A DNA stretch of 63,630 nucleotides, filler included, from Pseudobdellovibrionaceae bacterium (GTDB lineage Bacteria; Bdellovibrionota; Bdellovibrionia; Bdellovibrionales; UBA1609): NCBI GenBank assembly GCA_030591685.1. It is 4 parts of 4 records of this genome, joined end to end, with 100 filler letters (N's around TTAATTAATTAA, not from the genome) between each part and the next. Parts side by side here need not be neighbours in the genome. Positions count along the whole stretch, not along the records: positions 39,066 to 61,173 come from JAUVAX010000036.1; 3 more parts are not named here. One strand, written 5' to 3'. The notes under the pieces were generated by a model that saw only the letters and a list, made by a program, of their open reading frames with translations, was not told the DNA's origin and ran no database searches. This document shows positions 49,512 to 59,917 of this stretch, piece by piece. Position 1 is the stretch's first letter. The number at the start of each line of letters is the position of its first letter. The translations under genes and the position numbers were made by a program.

Positions 49512-50909
49512 TTAAAAATCAAGTTCTTGGAGGGGTTTAAGGCCCTTCTTCTTGATTTTTTCAACCAAGGTGGTTCGGTTGAGTTTAAGTAGGATGGCCG
49601 CTTGATTACGGTTCCAGCCGGTTTTTTCAAGAGCTTTTAAAATAAGTGAGTTTTCATATTGGTCTACAGCAGAGTTAAAGTCCATGCCGGTTTCGGGTAT
49701 AAGCACAGTCTCTGGAGTTGAGGGGTAGGACCGTTTTTTATATTTTTCAGGTAGATCTGAAATATCAATCACACCTTCCGATTTTAAAATTGTCATACGC
49801 TCAACAAGGTTTTCAAGCTCTCTTATGTTGCCCGGCCACGAGTGGCAATAGAGGTAGTCCATGGCTTCAGCAGTGACCCCCTCTATATTTTTATTTCGCT
49901 CTTTATTAAAATGCTCCATAAAGTGGTGAAATAAAATAGGGATATCCGCTTTACGGTCTTTAAGTGATGGTATGTGTATGGGGATCACGTTAAGGCGGTA
50001 AAAAAGATCCTCACGAAATCGACCCTCGTCAACAGCCTTTTCGAGGTCAATATTTGTAGCTGCGATAATGCGTACATCAGCCAAAATAGTTTTAGGGCTT
50101 CCTACGGGTTCAAACTGTCGCTCTTGCAAAACTCTTAAAAGTTTTACCTGTAGGGTGGGCGACATATCGCCGATTTCATCTAAAAATATTGTCCCCCCCT
50201 CAGCCATTTCAAATCGGCCCATGCGATTACTGATGGCGCCAGTAAAGGCTCCCTTAATATGGCCAAATAGCTCAGACTCAAGTAACTCACTGGGTATGGC
50301 CCCGCAGTTAATCGGCACAAAAGGTTTATTGGCTCTAGGGGAGTTATAATGCAGGGCCTTGGCTACGAGCTCCTTGCCCGTCCCACTGGCCCCGGTCACT
50401 AATATCGTAGACTCTGAGTCGGCCACCTTTTCGACTAAATCAAGTACATCGGTGATGCCTTGGCTTTTGCCGATGATATTTTCAAATTTATATTTTTTAT
50501 GTAGCTCGGTTCGTAGTTGTTTGTTTTCTTTCTCCAGCTGGCCGTGTGTAAGGGCCTTCTCTACGAGGCTTAAAATTTCATCTAAATTAAAGGGCTTAGT
50601 TATAAAATGGTAAGCCCCTTTTTGAGTGGCCTCAACAGCGTTTTCAATAGATCCAAAGCCCGTGAGTATTATGCACTGAGCACTGGGTTGGTGAGCCTTA
50701 ATGGTTTCCATGAGCTGTATGCCATCCCCATCAGGCAACCGAAGGTCAATGAGTGCCAAGTCAATTTTTGCATTAGACTTAGAAAGAGCCTCAGCGTCAC
50801 CTTTAGTTGAAGAGGTAACAACTTGGTAGCCTTTTCTGTCGAGGGCCCTGAAGAGTGCTGTTCTTAAGCTCGTGTCATCATCAACGATTAGTATCTTTTC
50901 TTTTTTCAT
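49512..50909 (-). CDS. NtrC-family sigma54 response regulator (REC-AAA+-HTH)
   Basis: Receiver domain, GASGTGKE, canonical GAFTGA, Fis-type HTH. Confidence 0.96.
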   Translation of the reverse strand: MKKEKILIVDDDTSLRTALFRALDRKGYQVVTSSTKGDAEALSKSNAKIDLALIDLRLPDGDGIQLMETIKAHQPSAQCIILTGFGSIENAVEATQKGAYHFITKPFNLDEILSLVEKALTHGQLEKENKQLRTELHKKYKFENIIGKSQGITDVLDLVEKVADSESTILVTGASGTGKELVAKALHYNSPRANKPFVPINCGAIPSELLESELFGHIKGAFTGAISNRMGRFEMAEGGTIFLDEIGDMSPTLQVKLLRVLQERQFEPVGSPKTILADVRIIAATNIDLEKAVDEGRFREDLFYRLNVIPIHIPSLKDRKADIPILFHHFMEHFNKERNKNIEGVTAEAMDYLYCHSWPGNIRELENLVERMTILKSEGVIDISDLPEKYKKRSYPSTPETVLIPETGMDFNSAVDQYENSLILKALEKTGWNRNQAAILLKLNRTTLVEKIKKKGLKPLQELDF

Positions 50910-51053
50910 TTACCGCCCCTTCCTAGGTTGGTTTTATATCCTCTCTAAATAGACATATAATTGACATGTCAAAGGTTAGAAGAAAATATAATAACTCAGC
51001 TCTCTACAAAGGTTAATAGTCCGATTTTAAAGTAAATGTGTCAAATTTATGCG

Positions 51054-52997
51054 TCAATTACTTGGCTCTTGTCTATTAAATCTAGACGAAGAAAAGGAGA
51101 TTTTTGCCGAAGTCCCGGCCATAGGCTGGGAAAATATATCCAAACTGCCACCATGATCACTTATTATCTGAAATGATACAGTAAGCCCCAGTCCTGAGTT
51201 AGTGTCTGGGTTTTTTGTCGTAAATAGAGGGTTAAATACCTGGCTTTGGTTTTGAGGCTCTATCCCGGTGCCATTATCAGAAATAACAAGGCTTATGCCC
51301 CCATCTGTGGCCGATAACTCCAAGCGGATCTGCCCGTCATACCTAGGGCTATTTTTAAACTTCTCTTTTATGGCCTCTACAGAGTTTTGTAAAATATTAC
51401 AAAGAGCCTGGGTAAGTAAATTATAATTACCCGTAATATATAGGGGCTCCTTAGGAGCGTGCATTTCAATATTAATATTTGTAGAGCGCGTTTGTAGTTC
51501 AAATATGTTGATAGATTGTTGCATAATTTCGCGGAGATTGATTTTTTGATCCATCTCCCCTTGGCTTCGTCGAGCAAAGCCTAAAAGGTTTTCAATAATA
51601 CCTTTGCACCTTAAAGCAGAGGTGTACATGGCCTCAATATCAGAATAATTTTTATGACCCTCAGTCAGGTCCATTTTAATGAGTTGCAAAAATGAAATCA
51701 TACCTCCGAGGGGGTTATTGAGCTCATGAGCGATACTGCTTGAAATTGTGCCAAGCTCGGCCATTTTTGAAAGCTCAAGTATTTGCCGCTCAAGTTTTAT
51801 GTCCTCAGAAATATCCCTAAAGTGGACCATCCACAAATCGTGCTCATGCTCAATGTAGGGCACTTTTTGTACAGAAACCTCATAGGTGATACTTTGCTCT
51901 TCAGTGAGAAAGGTCTGGTTTTTTTGAAAAAAATATTTACCCTCAACTGGGGTTTGATTTTCGAGAGCCTTTGGGTCTTGAAAAAAAATATCAAAACAAT
52001 CGTGACCCGAAACCTCTTCTAAGGGGGTTTGTTTTTTTTCAATGAACCCTTTGTTTGTTCTGATAATCTGAAAGTTAGAGTTTGTTAAGCAAATGGGTGA
52101 CGAAATAGCATTAAACGCCGCCTCCCACTGTCGCTTTAAGCTTTCTGCTTGGCCCCTTTTAGAAATTCGATCAGCCGAGAGGGCCGTGGCCTCTGAAATT
52201 TGTGTTAAAAAAGAGAGGTCATCTTTTAGTAAATTTATACTTTTATCAAAGGCAAATAAAGAAAACCCTATGCTTTTATTTTGTATCATTAAAGGCAGAG
52301 ATAAAATATTTAATGACTTATTAGCCTTTAAAATTTGTTCTTTAGTTGTATTTTGGGCATTAAAAAGCACTTTAACCCACTGAGCACTAAGGTGGGCTTT
52401 TATAATTTTGCTCAATTCAGACTCGAGTTCAGCAAGGGTCACAGAGTTATGGATTATAAATAAAGACTTATGCAGAGCCTGAAGGGTTTTACTTAAACTT
52501 TCAAACCGATGTTGTGATTTTTTAATCCTTGCCTTTCGTTTTTCGATTCGTTCCTCAAGGTCGAGTTTTAAATGTTTTAACTTTAAGTTTTGATCGTCAA
52601 ATAATTCGTAAAGTTGTTTGGCTTGTTTGGTTTGAGCATAACTCTCCGTAGAAGAGAAAACATGCTTTTCAAAATCATTTACGTTAAAGGAATCAACGAT
52701 TTGAAAAACATTTAAATTGTTAACTAAAAAACAAACCTTCTCGTAATCGTCACTGTCGTTAATTAAAATTACATGGGTGTCTATTGAGTGGTCGTTAATA
52801 TTTTTTGTAAACGTAGAGAGCTCAACAAGTGAAAACTTTTTTATAGGTATTACCACAGTTGAGTATGGGTTTTGAATTATATGCTGTTCAGCCAAAGATA
52901 AGTTATCAACACAATCAGCCCCTAATTGAACACGCTCTTTTTGAGGGTGACCAATAATAAGCACACTTGATTTTGGTACAGGGTTAAACTCAATCAT
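51054..52997 (-). CDS. Cytoplasmic sensor histidine kinase (degenerate REC, coiled coil, GAF/PAS, HisKA, HATPase)
   Basis: AHELNNPL, DNGTGI, FTTK, GLGL; no transmembrane segment evident. Confidence 0.92.
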   Translation of the reverse strand: MIEFNPVPKSSVLIIGHPQKERVQLGADCVDNLSLAEQHIIQNPYSTVVIPIKKFSLVELSTFTKNINDHSIDTHVILINDSDDYEKVCFLVNNLNVFQIVDSFNVNDFEKHVFSSTESYAQTKQAKQLYELFDDQNLKLKHLKLDLEERIEKRKARIKKSQHRFESLSKTLQALHKSLFIIHNSVTLAELESELSKIIKAHLSAQWVKVLFNAQNTTKEQILKANKSLNILSLPLMIQNKSIGFSLFAFDKSINLLKDDLSFLTQISEATALSADRISKRGQAESLKRQWEAAFNAISSPICLTNSNFQIIRTNKGFIEKKQTPLEEVSGHDCFDIFFQDPKALENQTPVEGKYFFQKNQTFLTEEQSITYEVSVQKVPYIEHEHDLWMVHFRDISEDIKLERQILELSKMAELGTISSSIAHELNNPLGGMISFLQLIKMDLTEGHKNYSDIEAMYTSALRCKGIIENLLGFARRSQGEMDQKINLREIMQQSINIFELQTRSTNINIEMHAPKEPLYITGNYNLLTQALCNILQNSVEAIKEKFKNSPRYDGQIRLELSATDGGISLVISDNGTGIEPQNQSQVFNPLFTTKNPDTNSGLGLTVSFQIISDHGGSLDIFSQPMAGTSAKISFSSSRFNRQEPSN

Positions 52998-53190
52998 GAT
53001 GCTAATTATTGTATAAAAATACCCTCTTTAAAATCAATAGGTTTTATGGATGCTGCGCGTATCTAGAGGTGTATATGGCAAGAGGTGTTCGTCGGTTTAA
53101 TTAATGCTTTAATAAATCTATATATGCAGGGCTAAGGTCTAATGATTTAGCAGTAAAGGCTTATCCTGCAGCATTAGGAAGTGAGACAAT

Positions 53191-53218
53191 TAAAGTCTTA
53201 TAACCGGCCTTCCGATAA
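53191..53218 (+). promoter_or_regulatory. sigma28-type promoter
   Basis: TAAAGTCT-N12-TCCGATAA. Confidence 0.65.
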
Positions 53219-53246
53219 TATTTATGCAATTATATTAAGGGGTTAA

Positions 53247-53702
53247 GTGAATCACAAAATGAACAGAAAATATAAAGTGCAGATTGATATTTATAGCGGA
53301 TCAGACAAGGTTATGTGTGACCAGTTTGTAACCTTTCCTGTCACTATAGGGCGAAGCAACGAGTGCAGTGTCTGTTTAGAGAGCTTTGCTCAGGTATCTG
53401 GTTGCCATGCTAAAATTAACACTATTAGTGGCCGAGCTTACCTTGTAGATCAAAACAGTTTCAACGGGACAATGTTTGAAGGTAAAAAAATTACAAAAGT
53501 TATGCTCGTTGGTGAGCAATTTTTTTTTATCGGAGATTTAGTTTTAAAAACCTCAACCAAGGAGCTGTTCTCTAGGAGACACAAAGATGGTGAGCCCTTG
53601 GATGTTTATGAGAAAGCCACAGACCCAATTTTTAATGAAAGTGAACTTTTGTCAACTAATGAGCTTAATCGGGCTAAAAGACAAAAGCTGGGAAAAAAGT
53701 AA
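53247..53702 (+). CDS. FHA-domain protein
   Basis: TIGRS, VSGCHA, DQNSFNGT. Confidence 0.85.
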   Translation: MNHKMNRKYKVQIDIYSGSDKVMCDQFVTFPVTIGRSNECSVCLESFAQVSGCHAKINTISGRAYLVDQNSFNGTMFEGKKITKVMLVGEQFFFIGDLVLKTSTKELFSRRHKDGEPLDVYEKATDPIFNESELLSTNELNRAKRQKLGKK

Positions 53703-53789
53703 GCCAAGATAGTACTATAAAAGTATGGAGTTAGAATAATTAGTAACTGCATCGTTATTATAAGTCGTGTTTTTTTGCATTTTTAAAAA

Positions 53790-54464
53790 TTAGTATTTCA
53801 AAATTTTAATAAGACCTGGGCCAAAATTAGACCAAGTTTTATTTAAATCACTGTGCTCTTGCTCTTCTGTACATATAACGGGGATTTTGTGGTCAACCCA
53901 TGCATAATGGCTAAGGCTCCCGGGGGTGGGGTAGCCAATATTATTTTTAAGTTCGTACCCAGAGCTTTGAGACAGGCACTGGGCGTGCTTAAGTGCGGGT
54001 TCGCCAGTGAGTACTACGCAGGGCTCCCACGAATGAAAATGAAATATAACCTGGGGTTTAAGGTTGAGTATTAGTTCAACGAGAGCCTTAACTTCGGGCT
54101 CACTGCCGGGTGAGGGGCCAGGAAAGTATCTTTTTTTTGAATACTCAGCACTCCAGTTACTTGCCGGAAAGTTGCGATTTAAATCGACACCGTTTTTGTT
54201 GACCCGAGAGTTATGTTTAAAGCCATCAGGGTTTAAGCAGGGGATAACCGCCCAGGGCCTATTTAAAGCTGAATTTTCGGGCAGTTTAAGGTATTCAATA
54301 AGGTCCAAGGCCAAGCGTACTCCTTCGGGTTCATCGCCGTGAACACCGCCAATAAAAACTAGGGGGCTCTTAAGGTTTGCCCCATGGCAATTAGGGTTAT
54401 GATAAAGTTCGATGGGGCGTTGCCCCGCAGACAGGGCCCATTGGGGCAAATGCTTAATATCCAT
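53790..54464 (-). CDS. mpaA: Murein peptide amidase A-like M14 carboxypeptidase
   Basis: GVHGDEPEG, NPDG, GVDLNRNFP, SEPE, IGYPTPGSL. Confidence 0.85.
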   Translation of the reverse strand: MDIKHLPQWALSAGQRPIELYHNPNCHGANLKSPLVFIGGVHGDEPEGVRLALDLIEYLKLPENSALNRPWAVIPCLNPDGFKHNSRVNKNGVDLNRNFPASNWSAEYSKKRYFPGPSPGSEPEVKALVELILNLKPQVIFHFHSWEPCVVLTGEPALKHAQCLSQSSGYELKNNIGYPTPGSLSHYAWVDHKIPVICTEEQEHSDLNKTWSNFGPGLIKILKY

Positions 54465-54522
54465 ATATTATCCTTAAGACACTCCTTGACCTTTTGAGTG
54501 CCACTCACTACTAATTGTCATT

Positions 54523-55926
54523 ATGGCACAGTCAAATAAAAGCTCCAAAGATAGATTAACTGCAATACTCCTCGCTGCTGGCAAGGGGACAAGAATGAAC
54601 ACAAACCTCCCTAAAGTACTCCACCCTGTGGCTGGGGTGCCTATGATTTCGAGGACAATGGAGGCTGTTAAAAATGCCGGAGCTAATGAGGTCCGTGTGG
54701 TTGTTGGGTTCGGCTCCGACCTTGTCCAAAATGTAGTTAAACCCATGGAGGGTATTTGTTTTAAACAAGAAGCTCAAAAGGGTACCGCCGATGCTGTAAA
54801 GTCAGCCCAGCCTGAAACCATCGAAGGGGTTGTTATTATTTTAAATGGGGACCACCCCTTGTTGCGTGAAGAGGATATAAAAAAAATTGTTTCTGAATTT
54901 GAAAACAATTCTCATGACTTATGTGTCGTGACCTCTAAGTTAAAAAAACCTAAAAGTTTTGGTCGCATAGTTCGACACAATGGTTTTTTAAAAGCTATTG
55001 TAGAGGCTAAGGATGCCTCTCATGAAACTTTAAAAATAAACGAGGTGAATACCGGTATATATATCACCCATGCTGAAATATTGAATAAAAACTTGAGTAA
55101 AATAGAGCCTAATAATGCACAAAATGAATACTACTTAACAGACATAGTTTCTGTTTTAAGTGATGAGGGTAAAAGTGTGGGCTGCATCGAGGCCCCATCA
55201 AGGGTTTCATTTGGAGTAAATACACAAGCAGAGCTGGCTAAGGCCACACAGTTGACGTTTTTAAAAAAGGCAAAAGATTTAATGGATGAAGGGGTCATTG
55301 TTTTAGACCCTAACAATATATACATTGAAGATTCGGTGAAGGTAGGGATGGGTGCCGTTTTATACCCTGGGGTTTATTTAAGGGGCAATACTCAGGTAGG
55401 GTCTTATAGTGTGATTGAGCCGAATTGTTTTATTTATAACTCTCAAATAGCACCCGGTGTGGTTATAAAGGCCATGAGCCACCTCGAAGACTCAGTGGTT
55501 TTACTAAAAGCTCAAGTGGGCCCTTATGCCCGGTTGCGACCAGGGTCACAAGTGGGTGAAGAGGCTCGCATTGGCAATTTTGTAGAATTAAAAAATGTAA
55601 AATTTGGTAAAGGCTCTAAGGCGGGGCATTTGTCTTACTTAGGTGATGCTGAAATCGGAGAAAATGTAAATATTGGTTGCGGAACAATTACCTGTAACTA
55701 CGCGGCCGATAAAAAGAAATACAAAACCATTATTGGTGACAACACCTTTGTGGGCAGTGATTCGCAGTTTGTGGCCCCCATAAGTGTGGGTAAAAATGTT
55801 GTTATTGGGTCGGGGTCGACAATTACTAAAGATGTCCCCGATGGGTCCTTAGCGGTGGCCCGTAGTAAGCAGTTTGTTAAGGAGAACTATAAACCTAAAT
55901 CTCCTGATGATACAAAGGATTCATAA
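54523..55926 (+). CDS. glmU: Bifunctional UDP-GlcNAc pyrophosphorylase / GlcN-1-P acetyltransferase
   Basis: LAAGKGTRM, EYYLTD, hexapeptide repeats, HLSYLGDA. Confidence 0.97.
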   Translation: MAQSNKSSKDRLTAILLAAGKGTRMNTNLPKVLHPVAGVPMISRTMEAVKNAGANEVRVVVGFGSDLVQNVVKPMEGICFKQEAQKGTADAVKSAQPETIEGVVIILNGDHPLLREEDIKKIVSEFENNSHDLCVVTSKLKKPKSFGRIVRHNGFLKAIVEAKDASHETLKINEVNTGIYITHAEILNKNLSKIEPNNAQNEYYLTDIVSVLSDEGKSVGCIEAPSRVSFGVNTQAELAKATQLTFLKKAKDLMDEGVIVLDPNNIYIEDSVKVGMGAVLYPGVYLRGNTQVGSYSVIEPNCFIYNSQIAPGVVIKAMSHLEDSVVLLKAQVGPYARLRPGSQVGEEARIGNFVELKNVKFGKGSKAGHLSYLGDAEIGENVNIGCGTITCNYAADKKKYKTIIGDNTFVGSDSQFVAPISVGKNVVIGSGSTITKDVPDGSLAVARSKQFVKENYKPKSPDDTKDS

Positions 55927-57813
55927 ATGTGCGGAATAGTGGGCTACTTAGGGGCAAGAGACCCTAAAGAGGTAATACTAAAGGGGCTTAAAACTCTTGA
56001 GTACCGAGGGTATGATAGTTCTGGGGTTTCTATTTTAAATAAAGGTAAATTTAAAAGAGTACGCGCTCAAGGTAAGCTCTCGCAGCTTTGTGAAAAATTA
56101 CAAAACGAAGACTTTGACGGGCATTTAGGTATTGGCCACACCCGTTGGGCCACTCATGGTAAGCCCAGTGAGCGTAATGCACACCCTCATCAGCTTAACC
56201 ATGTTAATATTGTACATAATGGCATTATAGAAAACTATGCTGAAATAAAAGAAAAATTAATAAAAAACGGATCGCAATTTGAATCAGAAACAGACTCTGA
56301 GTTAGTGGCGCATTTAATTGAACGTGAAATGAACTTTAATGCTTCACTTTTAAATGCCACCATTAATATTATACCTGGGTTAAGAGGCGCTTACTCAGTA
56401 TTAGCAGTGAGTGAAAAAACACCCGACCAGTGTGTTGCTTTTAAAAATGGCCCCCCTTTGCTTATTGGTTTAGGTGAAGACGAAATCATTGTAGCCAGTG
56501 ATATACAGGCAATTATCAGCTACACTAAAAAAATTATTTACCTCGAAGACGACGAAATTGCGTTAATCAGCCCGGGTAAAGTAGAAATTTATAATTTTAA
56601 AGGCCAGCGAATAGAAAAATCACCAGTGACTGTAAACTGGGATGCCTCTCAAATTGAAAAGCAAGGCTACCCTCATTACATGTTAAAAGAAATCTTTGAG
56701 CAACCAAGGGCCGTGGCCCAAGCCATAGACCCGCATATTGATTTATCGACCCGAAAAATAAACCTCTCAGGGGTGGGTTTTAACGTGGATAACTTTGAAG
56801 GGCCGGAGGCACTGGACTTAAAAAATGATTTATTAAATACCAATGAAATTTTGCAAACCATCGAAAGGGTATTTATTGTTGCCTGTGGCACTAGTTATTA
56901 TGCTGGTATGTTGGGGGAGTATTTAATTGAACGTGCCGCTGAAGTCCCTGTTGAAATCGATTTAGCCAGTGAGTTTCGCTACCGTTACCCTGTTATACCA
57001 AAAAACTCATTATTAATTGTTGTTTCTCAAAGTGGTGAAACAGCAGATACTTTGGCCGCATTAAGACAGGCAAAAAAACAAGGGGCCTTAACGTTAAGTA
57101 TATGCAATGTGCCCAGGTCAAGCATTGACCGTGAAGCCCATGGCCACCTTTATATGAACGCTGGGGTAGAGATCGGAGTGGCCAGCACAAAGGCTTTTGT
57201 GAGCTCATTAGCATTAATGAATATTTTATCTTTAAGTTTAGCCAAAGCAAAAGGGCTTTTAAATGAGGACTTAGAAAAAAAGTGTGTCGACGAAATCGTA
57301 GCTGCCCCAAGCTTAATGGAGGGCGTTTTAGCATATGATAAATTTTTTGCTCAAGCCGCCGATGATCTAAAGAAAAAGCGCGGGTTTTTATACTTAGGCC
57401 GTGGGGTCAGTTACCCCATTGCTCTTGAGGGAGCTTTAAAGTTAAAAGAGCTCGCCTATATGCATGCCGAGGGTTACGCCTCTGGTGAGATGAAGCATGG
57501 CCCCCTAGCTTTAATTGATGAAACTATGGCCATCATTGTATTATGCCCTAAAGATGAACTGTACGAAAAAACAATTAGTAATTTAGAAGAGGCTAAGGCT
57601 CGTGGTGGGATGATAATATCTATCGGCACTGGTGATGATGAGAGGCTAAAAAGTATTAGTGACCACTACCTCTCGCTGCCAGAGACGGCCTGGTATGTAA
57701 ACCCTCTTTTAGAGGTCATCCCCTTACAGCTGCTCGCCTACTACGTTGCAAAATCATTAGGTAACGATGTGGATCAACCACGAAACTTAGCAAAATCAGT
57801 CACTGTTGAATAA
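55927..57813 (+). CDS. glmS: Glutamine-fructose-6-phosphate transaminase
   Basis: MCGIVG, GHTRWATHG, SQSGETAD, PRNLAKSVTVE. Confidence 0.98.
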   Translation: MCGIVGYLGARDPKEVILKGLKTLEYRGYDSSGVSILNKGKFKRVRAQGKLSQLCEKLQNEDFDGHLGIGHTRWATHGKPSERNAHPHQLNHVNIVHNGIIENYAEIKEKLIKNGSQFESETDSELVAHLIEREMNFNASLLNATINIIPGLRGAYSVLAVSEKTPDQCVAFKNGPPLLIGLGEDEIIVASDIQAIISYTKKIIYLEDDEIALISPGKVEIYNFKGQRIEKSPVTVNWDASQIEKQGYPHYMLKEIFEQPRAVAQAIDPHIDLSTRKINLSGVGFNVDNFEGPEALDLKNDLLNTNEILQTIERVFIVACGTSYYAGMLGEYLIERAAEVPVEIDLASEFRYRYPVIPKNSLLIVVSQSGETADTLAALRQAKKQGALTLSICNVPRSSIDREAHGHLYMNAGVEIGVASTKAFVSSLALMNILSLSLAKAKGLLNEDLEKKCVDEIVAAPSLMEGVLAYDKFFAQAADDLKKKRGFLYLGRGVSYPIALEGALKLKELAYMHAEGYASGEMKHGPLALIDETMAIIVLCPKDELYEKTISNLEEAKARGGMIISIGTGDDERLKSISDHYLSLPETAWYVNPLLEVIPLQLLAYYVAKSLGNDVDQPRNLAKSVTVE

Positions 57814-57954
57814 AAGCCCTTCACTTTAAAAAAAAATAATGAGTTAAGATGTCATTGACACTTTCAAGTGTCAGCCTGAAGGCTCTTTTAGGCTCGTTTT
57901 TTTTGAACAAAATTTGTGTAAAAGATCACTATTAAAAGATTTATAAATATAATT

Positions 57955-59358
57955 CTATTTGAGTGGCTGTTGGGTTATAGGTTTACTTAATAACTCAAAG
58001 CTATATCGTGCTTTTGTAGATTCGCTACTATTTTGCCACTGAGAAAAGGACTCCTTCGCTTGTTTAATCATGGCGTCCCTTTTTTGTAGTCGATGGCGCC
58101 GACCTTTTAAGGTGACACCTTCGGGGGGTGGCATAAGTCCAAAATTAATATTTGTGGGTTGAAAGTGCTCTTTAGGTTCTGTGATCGCACTGAGTAAAGA
58201 GCCTAGAGCTGTTTTTATTGGCGGCATAGAGGGCTCAAGCCCCTTAATTTTTGAGTTTACAAACTGTGCCACTAAAAGCCCTATGCATGTGGATTCAAAG
58301 TACCCCTCAACACCTGTGATTTGACCGGCAAAAAATAAGTCAGGGTCAGTGAGGCTTGAGAGATTTTTAGCTAAACTTTTAGGGGTATGTAGGTACATGT
58401 TTCTATGAATGCTGCCGAGTTTTAAAAATTCAGCCTCCTCAAGCCCTGGGATCATCGAGAAGATCCGCTTTTGTTCGGAGTAGGCCATTTTGGTTTGAAA
58501 GCCAACCATATTATAGGCACTGCCTTGCTTGTTTTCTTTTCTGAGTTGTACGACGGCGTAAATTTCGCGGTCAATACTAGAGTCTCTTAAGCCCTTTGGT
58601 GACATGGGCCCAAAGCGGAGAGTTTCATCACCTCGGCGTACGATCTCTTCAATGGGCATGCAGCCGTCAAAATAAGGGGTGTCATCAGTGGGGTGCTCAA
58701 AATTTTTAGCTTCAATAACGCGGGCTTTTTTTACTTCATTAATAAAGGCATAGTATTCATTTTTAGTTAGGGGGCAGTTAATGTAGTCCCCATTTTCTAA
58801 ATCAAAACGGTTACCTAAGTAGGCAATGTCCATATTAATAGAATCGGCATCAATAATAGGGGCAATGGCATCGAAGAAATATAAAAATTCATTATTAAAA
58901 TGTTCGTGAATAGATTTAGCCAAAGCTGAATCAGTGAGTGGGCCTGTGGCAATAACGGTAGGGCGGGGGATAGAGCTGAGGTCGATAACCCTCTCTCGTT
59001 TGACCTCAATATTAGGGTGAGAGAGAACGGCTTGAGTAATAAACTCAGCAAAGATTTTTCTATCCACACCAAGAGCCATGCCCGCAGGGACAGATGCCTT
59101 CATACTGGCCTCAAGTATTAACGAGCCCATCTGTGAGGCCTCCCACTTAAGCTGCCCAGGGGCTGAATAATCAGTCATTGAGCCAAAGGAGTTCGAGCAA
59201 ACAAGCTCTGCAAAATCAGCTGATTTATGCGCAGGGGTAAAGGATTCAGGCTTACTTTTGACCCTCATTTCGTATAAAACGACCTTATGGCCCATTTCAG
59301 CTAGTTGATAAGCGCATTCTGAGCCGGCAAGTCCAGCGCCGACGATAGAGATTGTCAT
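57955..59358 (-). CDS. trmFO: Folate/FAD-dependent tRNA m5U54 methyltransferase
   Basis: VGAGLAGSE, AELVCSNS, FFDAIAP, AGQITGVEGY; start MTISIVG at 59358. Confidence 0.95.
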   Translation of the reverse strand: MTISIVGAGLAGSECAYQLAEMGHKVVLYEMRVKSKPESFTPAHKSADFAELVCSNSFGSMTDYSAPGQLKWEASQMGSLILEASMKASVPAGMALGVDRKIFAEFITQAVLSHPNIEVKRERVIDLSSIPRPTVIATGPLTDSALAKSIHEHFNNEFLYFFDAIAPIIDADSINMDIAYLGNRFDLENGDYINCPLTKNEYYAFINEVKKARVIEAKNFEHPTDDTPYFDGCMPIEEIVRRGDETLRFGPMSPKGLRDSSIDREIYAVVQLRKENKQGSAYNMVGFQTKMAYSEQKRIFSMIPGLEEAEFLKLGSIHRNMYLHTPKSLAKNLSSLTDPDLFFAGQITGVEGYFESTCIGLLVAQFVNSKIKGLEPSMPPIKTALGSLLSAITEPKEHFQPTNINFGLMPPPEGVTLKGRRHRLQKRDAMIKQAKESFSQWQNSSESTKARYSFELLSKPITQQPLK

Positions 59359-59389
59359 TGAGTTGGGAGTTGTGCTAGCTTCTTTTTCT

Positions 59390-59788
59390 ATGAGAGACTC
59401 CAAGCCTAAAAGAAAAGCTCGTAAATCAAAGCTTTTATCTACACCAGAGGTCCTACATTCTCTGTTACAAAATGGCAAGTCTCCATTGGCGAATCAGTTT
59501 AAAAGGTGGAAGCTTTGGCAAAATTGGTCAGAGGTGGTGGGCCCCTCTATTGGTAAGCACACCCTCCCAGTAGCTTATGATAAAAAAGTACTTTATATAT
59601 GGGTAAAATCTTCAGCGATGATGCAGGAGTTTATTTTTGTCAGAGAGGCTGTTAAAGATAAAATTAATGCCTTTATGGGAGTGGAATGGATTAAAGGAGT
59701 TCATTACACGTTAGATCAACATGCAGTCCCTCAGCCTGAGGACGCTAACAAATCCTTTAGAGAGTTTATAAAAAAAATAAACAAATAA
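59390..59788 (+). CDS. DUF721 / DciA-like protein
   Basis: W.EVVG..I..HT.P......L.I.V.SS...QE pattern. Confidence 0.8.
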   Translation: MRDSKPKRKARKSKLLSTPEVLHSLLQNGKSPLANQFKRWKLWQNWSEVVGPSIGKHTLPVAYDKKVLYIWVKSSAMMQEFIFVREAVKDKINAFMGVEWIKGVHYTLDQHAVPQPEDANKSFREFIKKINK

Positions 59789-59917
59789 CTTTCAAAACAC
59801 ACAAAAAATATTAATTAATTTATTGATGCCCTTAAGTGTCCAAACGCTTTAGTGAGAGTTTGTCATAAAAGGGTCTTAATCGAATTCAAAGAGGTTTTAA
59901 TTAAAAAGATCTAAGCT

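Noticed and set aside
59359..59478. N-terminal extensions in the ORF track (trmFO, and likewise the bEBP, asparaginase, flagellin and first lipoprotein)
   Set aside because: Domain starts, signal peptides and SD positions favour downstream starts
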